From the human T2T-CHM13v2.0 reference genome, Homo sapiens, in assembly GCF_009914755.1 (NCBI RefSeq), contig NC_060933.1: 64,000 bases of DNA, one strand, 5' to 3'. Below are positions 57,047-64,000 of this stretch, piece by piece; positions within the stretch are counted from its first letter, which is position 1, and each line of letters opens with the position of its first letter. Made by a program: the position numbers and the translations under genes. Under the pieces are notes generated by a model. That model did not search any database, had not been told where the DNA came from, and saw only the letters and a program-made list of their open reading frames with translations.

Positions 57047-58132
57047 TTACCCCTAATATTATCAACCATTGACCTTTTGTTGTTCTCAAAAGAAAATATT
57101 ACAGATTACATTTTATGTTTACATTTGATTCTTCTGTAAACACTTTAATTATGTCATTAAAAATGTTCTGATTTTTTTTTTAACATTTTGTAATGTTACA
57201 GTACCTTAGATAAAAGGACAATGATACTTACATAATACATGATAATTTTTGATGCTGTACATTATTTGACAAATTTTAGTTATAGAAAATAAAGTAATGA
57301 TGCTGAATTGGTAGAAACCCTTGTTTATTAAATCCATCTAATTACTGTCATCATTTCACAAACAGCTTTAAAAATGTTCTCACCACATTTAACATATATA
57401 TATATTGATTGAGAAATGTGTTAGAATAAAGAGTGAGCATGTAGTAATGACAACTGTTTTCATTGTGATGAGATGGAAACTATGAATAATTTACTATTAT
57501 TTAATTAGTTTAATTAAACTAATTAAATTTAAGTTTAATGTTTTACTGGTGTTCTGTTCTCTGTTTAGTAGATGATAGATATTTTGAACACTCAAGGTTA
57601 AAATCTTATCTCTGACTTAAGGCATGTCAGATTTGAGGGAAGACAATTTGCATATGAGTTAATTAATCATTTCATATTTCTTCCTAATAAAATGTTAAAT
57701 TTTGATTGCCAGATAAAAGTGTTAAAATAGTTTTGAGAAGACACAAATTAGATGAACTAATGGAAAAAAATGAGCTAAAGCTGGGTTGTATTGGATTAGA
57801 ATTTAGATTGGCAGATCTTGGCGTAAGTATCACAAATATATGTAAGGTGATACAAATGAGGTAGTTAGAGAAGAAGTCATAGCAAGGATGTTCCTTTCTT
57901 TACAAATATTAATTTTGTTGTGACACTAAATAACAGTACAATTCTATTTGTTTTCTCTTTATGTATCAATATATTTATATTTTTTAAAGGGAAACATGAA
58001 TATATACCAAACATCATCAGAAAGAAAATACATGATAAACATAAACTTATCTTAGCATCAGATAAAAATGTCTAAGTAGTATATGCTTATTGGAACAAAA
58101 TATTATACTTTACGTTAGTCTAAAAATGAAGA

Positions 58133-61100
58133 CTGGGGACATGATAGGGTGAGGGGGTGGTCTAGATGGCGGACTAGAAGCAGCCAGTGTGTATGGCTTA
58201 TATGGAAAGGAATGGAAGAAGTGATGAAATACAACACCTTCAACTGAAACATCCAGGTACTCACGTTGGGACTAATCAAATAAACAAATTGAGCCATGGA
58301 AAACAAAGAAAAGCAACACACAACAGCCAACCTGGGAGTAACACAGAGTCAGGGGAACCTCCATTGACCTACACCCCAGATCCTGCATCTCTCTGGGGTG
58401 CGGGTCAAGCAAATGACCCTTGGCCATAACCACTACTAAGATCCCTTCCTCTGCTGCTTCCAGGTTGGGGAAGGAGCATAAACACTGAGATCTCCACAGA
58501 GCTGCAGTGGGTAGTCCAGGAGTGCCAAGTCATGACCTACACATACACTCACTACCCAGGGAAGTGGTGAGTGAATGTGTGGTCCCAGAAAACCATGCTC
58601 ATCCTATGGATCTTTGCAACCCTTGGGTCAGGAGATCTTGTGAACCTACTCCATCATGGCCTTCACCTTTAGCCTGACAGACAGAGTTATGTGGAATCTT
58701 GGCAGAGGCACCACTCAGGCATGCGTGGAGACCCTATAGTCTTAGATACTCAGACTTTCCTGCAAAAGTAGCTGCTGCTGTCCTGCAAACTGGGAGGTTA
58801 GACCGCCCTTAAGAAAGAGGCTGATTCCAGGGGGCTGAGCAGTGACAGCCTACAAGCCCCACTTTCATGGCAACTCACCAGATAAGACCCACTGGCTTTG
58901 AATTCCAGCCAGCCACTGGTAGTGACATTGCACACCTTAAGAAGGAGCTCTCTGTGGGAGGGACAGGCCACCATCTTTGCTGTTTGGGAACCTTAGCTAT
59001 TCCCACCTTCAGGATTTACAGAGTCTAAGCCCACCTGGGGCAGAAGGAATCCCCCCAGCACAGCACAGCTACTCTATCAAAACATGGTCAGATTGCTGCT
59101 TTAATTGGGTACCCGATCCCATTCCTCTTCACTTGGTGGGATCGCCCAACTGGGGCCTCCAGTCACCCCTGTTGGCATTCTCTGGCTGACAAAATTTTCT
59201 AACCTACCTGGGACAGAGCTCCCAGAGGGAGAGGAGGGACACCATCTTTGCTGTTTGGGCAACTCAGCCATTCCAGCCTTTGGGCTTTGGAGTATCTGAG
59301 GTGACTGAGGGCTGAGGCGGACCCCTAGCACAACACAGCTGCTCTACCAATATGTGACCAGACTGCTTTTTAAAGCAGGTCTCTGATCCCATTCCTCCTC
59401 ACTGGAAGGGACTTTCCAAATGGGGTCTCCAACCACTTCCTACAGGTACCTTTGGATTGGCAACAAACCTGTACTTCCCAGGGACAAAGCTCCCAGAAGG
59501 AGGGAAAGGCTGCCATCTTTGCTGTTTTGCAATCTTCATTGGTGATACCCCCAGGTAATGGAAAACCCAAGATGACAAGTGACTAGAGTGGGCCAGAAGT
59601 ATACCATAGCATCCCTATGGAAAAGTGACCAGACTTTTATGTGGCTACCCATTCCCATATCTCCTCACCAAGTTGGTCCTCTAGGTCTGGGCCTCCAGCC
59701 ACCTGCTGCCAAAGTTATAGAGCCAGCAGCAACTCGGCAACTCCCTGGAGAGAGCCTCCAGGGTTAAATAAAAGCCTCTCTGTTACTGCCTCTGCAGTGG
59801 AACTGCCCTTGACACCTTCAGAGTAACAAAGAAACAAAATGCTTGGGTGCCTCATCTACACCTCCAACAAGCTGCAGTCAACCCAAGGAGAGGAGGTCAG
59901 TCTGTCTCCCAAGAGTCCCACATACTCCCCACTGCTCATCACTAGACAGAGAACTCTTGTCTTTGGCTCACAGCACAGACACTCTATCCTGGGTTGATTG
60001 CACTGAGTAATTGCTGACCTGCATCTCTCTGGGGTGCAGGTCAAGCAAATGACCCTCAGCCAAAACCACCGCTAAGATCGTTTCCTCTGCTGCCTCCAAG
60101 TTGGGGAAGAAACATAAACACTGAGATTGCTCATAAACACTGAGATTGCTCCAAAGCTGCCACGGGAATCCCAGGAGTGCCAAGTCACAACGTACAGCCA
60201 GCACTCAAGGGGGAGAGGAACCTACGCTTTCAGAATACTGAGAGGGAACATTGCTGCAACTGTTGGGAAACATAGATGTATTAGTCCATTCTCATGCAGC
60301 TATGAAAAAATATCCTAAACTGGGTAATTTACAAAGAAAAAAGGGTTAATTGACTCATAGTTCCTTATGGCTTGGGAGGCCTCAGGAAGCTTACAATTAT
60401 GATAGAAGGCACCTCTTCACAGGGCATCAGGAGAGATAATGAGAGCTGAGAAAAGTGGAGGAGCCCCTCATAAAGCCACCAGGTCTCATGAGAACTCAGT
60501 ATCACAAGAAAAGCATGGAGGAAACTGCCCCCATGCTTCAATTATCTCCACCTACTACCACACTTGCCACATGGAGATCAGTATAATTTAAGGTGAGATT
60601 TGGGTAGGGACACAGAGCCAAACCATATCACTAGCGGAGTCACAAAACCGAGCAAGAGTCTTAACAACTAACCAAAGATCCTAAATGCCATCTGCTAGAT
60701 CACATCCCAAAGCTTCAACACCAAAATTACCTCACTAACATAACCCCCTCTGAAAATAGAGACAAGACGTCAGCTTCAAATGGAGACCCTGCACAAAGCC
60801 TCAGCCTTTTGAAAACATTCAGAAAAGTAGTTTATTGACTGTACTTAATCTATACTGCAGTTAAGGAACACCCACACTCAGAGATGATAAAAATTAATGC
60901 AAGAACTTTGTTAACTCAAACAGCCAGAGCATCATATGTCCTCCAAACGACTGCACCAGTTCTCCAACAAGAGTTCTTAACCAAGATTAACTGTCTGGAG
61001 TGACAGAAATGTAATTTAGAATATGGATAGGAACAAAGATCATTGAATTTCAGGATGGTGGCAAAACCCAATCCAAGGAAAATAAGAATCATAATAAAGC

Positions 61101-63813
61101 AATAGAGGAGCTGAAGGACAAAATAGCCCATACAAAAAAGGACCTAATGTGTCAGACAGAACTGAATAACACAATACAATAATTTCACAATGCAATCAAA
61201 AGTATTAATAGCAAAATAAACCAAGCTGAGGAAAGAATCTCAGAACTTAAAGACTAGTTCTATCAAATAAGTCAGGCAAAAATGAAGAAAAAAGAATGAA
61301 AAGTAATAAATAAATACCTGAGAAGTATGGGATTATGTAAAGAGGCCAAATCTATGAATCATTAGCATCCCTGAAAAGGAGGGGGGAAAGCAAACAACTT
61401 GGAAAATATATTTCAGAATATTATCCAAGAAAACTTCCCCAACATTGCTACAGAGGCCAACGGTCAAATTCAGGAAATACAGAGAACTCCTGCAAGATTC
61501 TACACAAGAAGATTATTGCAAGACTCATAATTGTCAGATTTTCTCAGGCTGAAAAGTAGAGTAAGAATGTTTAGTAAAGGCAGCTAGAGAGAAAGGGCAG
61601 GTCACCTACAAAGTGAACCCCATCAAACTAAGAGTGGACCTCCCAGCTGAACCCCGACATACCAGAAGAGACTGGGGGCTTATATTCAACATTCTCAAAG
61701 AAAAAATAAATCAACTGATAATTTTACATCCAGTCATACTAAACTTTCTAAGTGAAGGAGACATAAGATTCTTTTCAGATACGCAAATGATGAGGGAATT
61801 AATTACCATCAGACCTACTTTTCAAGAGATCTTAAAAGAAGCACTAAATATAGAAAGGGAAGAAAGACCACTACCAGCTAATATAAAAACACACTTAAAC
61901 AGAGACATACCAGTGTCACTGTAAAGCAACCACACAAACAAGCTAACATAATAGCCAGCTAACAGCACAATGACAGGAACAAATCCGCACATATCAATAC
62001 TAACCAGGCTAAATGCCCCATTTAAAAGTTACAGAGTGGCAAGCTGGATAAAAAAGCAAGAACCAATGCTGTGCTGTTTTCAAGAGACCCATCTCATGGG
62101 TAATCACACTCATAGGCTCAAAATAAAGTGATGAAGGAAAATCTACCAAGCAAATGAAAAACAGGAAAAAAAGCAGGGGTTGCAATCCTAATTTCAGACA
62201 AAACATATTTCAAACCAACAAAGATAAAAAAATGCAAAGAAGGACATTACCTAATGGTAAAGAGTTCAATTCAACAAGAAGACCTAATTACCCTAAATAT
62301 ATATGTACCCAACACAGGAGTGCTCATAGTCATGAAGCTTGCACTTAGAGACTTACAAAGAGACATACGCTACCAAATAATAATAGTGGGAGACTTCAAC
62401 ACTCCACTAAGTATCCAAAACAGTGTGGTACTGGTACAAAAACAGGCACATAGAACAATGGAACAGAATAGAGGGCCCAGAAATAAAGCTGCACATCTAC
62501 AACTGTCCGATCTTCAACAAAGATGACAAAAAGAAGCCATGGGGAAAACACTCCCTATTCATTACATGTTCTGGGGTAACTGGCTAGCCATTTGTGAAAG
62601 ATTAAAGCTAGACCCCTTCCTTATACCTTATGCAAAAATCAACTCAAGATGGATTAAAAACTTAAATGTAAAACCCAAACCTATGAAAACCCTAGAATAC
62701 AACCTAGACAATAGCATCCTGCACATAGAAACAGGCAATGATTTCATGACAAAGGCCCCTAAATTAATCTCAGCAAAAGCAAAAATTGACAAGTGGGATC
62801 TAATTAAACTTAAGAGATTCTTCACAGTAAAAGGACTTACCAACAGAATAAACAACCTACAGATTGGGAAAAAAATCTTTTTGCAAACTATGTATATGAC
62901 AAAGGTTTAATATCCAGTATCTATAAGGAACTTAAAAAAATTTACAAGAGAAAACCAACCAACCCCATTAAAAGTGGACAGAGGACATGAACAGATGCTT
63001 CGCAAAAGAAGACATACATGTGGCCAAAAAGCATATGAAAAATATTTCAACATCACTGATAATTAGAAAAATGAAAAATCAAAACCACAATGAGATAACA
63101 CCTCACACTGGCAAGAATGGCTATTATTAAAAGTAAAAAAATAATAGATTCTGGCAAATCTGTAGAGAAGTGGGAACACTTATACACTACTGGTGCAAGT
63201 GTAAATAATTTCAACCCTTGTGTAATGTAGTATGGTGATTAGTGAAAGAGCTAAAAGCAAAATACCATTCAATCCAGCAATCTCATTTCTGGGTATATTT
63301 CCAGAGAAATAGAAATCATTCTATCATAAAGACACATGCACATGAATGTTTACTGTAGCACTGTTCACAATAGCAAAGACATGGAATCAACCTAAATGTC
63401 CATCAGTTATAGACTGGATAAAGAAAATATGGTACATATACATCATGGAATACCATGCAGCCATTAAAAAGCCACAATGTTGTCTTTTGCAGGAACACGG
63501 ATAGAATTGAAAGCTATCATCCTTAGCAAACTAATTCAGGAACAGAAAACCAAATGCCTCATGTTCTCACTTATAAGTGGGAGTGAAATGATAAGAAGTT
63601 ATGAACAGAAAGAAGGAAACAACAGATACTGTTGTCTACTTGAGGGTAGAGGGTGGGAGGAGGGAGGAGGAGCAGAAAGGATAACTACTGGGTACTGGGC
63701 TTAATACTGGGTGATGAAATAATATGTACAACAAACCCCCATGACACATGTTTACCTATGTGACAAATCTTCACATGTGCCCCCAAACCTAGGATGAAAG
63801 TTAAAAAAAAAAG
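58133..63813 (+). mobile_element. L1PA13-15/L1PREC2-like element with long 5' UTR, decayed ORF1, internally deleted ORF2, 3' UTR and poly(A)
   Basis: agatggcggactagaagcagc 5' end; ORF1 remnants (RRDWGLIFNILKEK); EN motif [11 protein letters not shown]; 3' UTR aacaaacccccatgacac; candidate TSD aatgaagac at 58124 and 63823. Confidence 0.9.
60277..60630 (-). mobile_element. THE1C/D-like solo LTR nested in the L1 5' UTR
   Basis: tgtattagtccattctcatgc...gggacacagagccaaaccatatca; weak TSD ataga/ctagc. Confidence 0.9.
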
Positions 63814-64000
63814 AATTTTTTTAATGAAGACAAATACTGAAAATTTAAATTAAATGAGTACTTTTAATTTCTAATTGGTAGTTGAGTTCACTGGAAGCAA
63901 ATGCTATGCAGAAAATAAAACCTAAATAACATAAGTGAGAGAAGCTTACTGCCTTTAATGTTCAAACATACTTTTAAATGAATTGTCAATCAGCCTAGGC

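Overview
Primate (very probably human) AT-rich intergenic or deep-intronic DNA. I find no intact protein-coding gene, RNA gene or CRISPR array. The window is mostly interspersed repeats: L1 of several ages, L2, MIR, three Alus, MaLR LTRs (MST/THE1/MLT1), a full-length THE1 provirus, a MER52 ERV1 LTR, Tigger3b, MER33 and MER58. It also holds one processed ferritin light chain (FTL) pseudogene, which sits inside an L2 and is itself split by an L1. The longer ORFs in the supplied track trace to L1 fragments, LTR or microsatellite sequence, or the pseudogene; the rest are short and unsupported. The most notable structure is an inverted pair of young L1PA3-like copies (28790-29949 minus, 33764-35227 plus) around a 3.8 kb spacer. 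They share non-consensus variants in near-identical tracts but diverge elsewhere, which suggests gene conversion and a possible recurrent-inversion hotspot. Also notable are an FTL retrocopy preserving a pre-simian FTL sequence with a broken IRE, and a complex THE1/L1PB rearrangement scar. Subfamily names come from recalled consensus sequences, not a search, and LTR strands follow the usual consensus orientation. I cannot support a wholly new biological system from this sequence alone.
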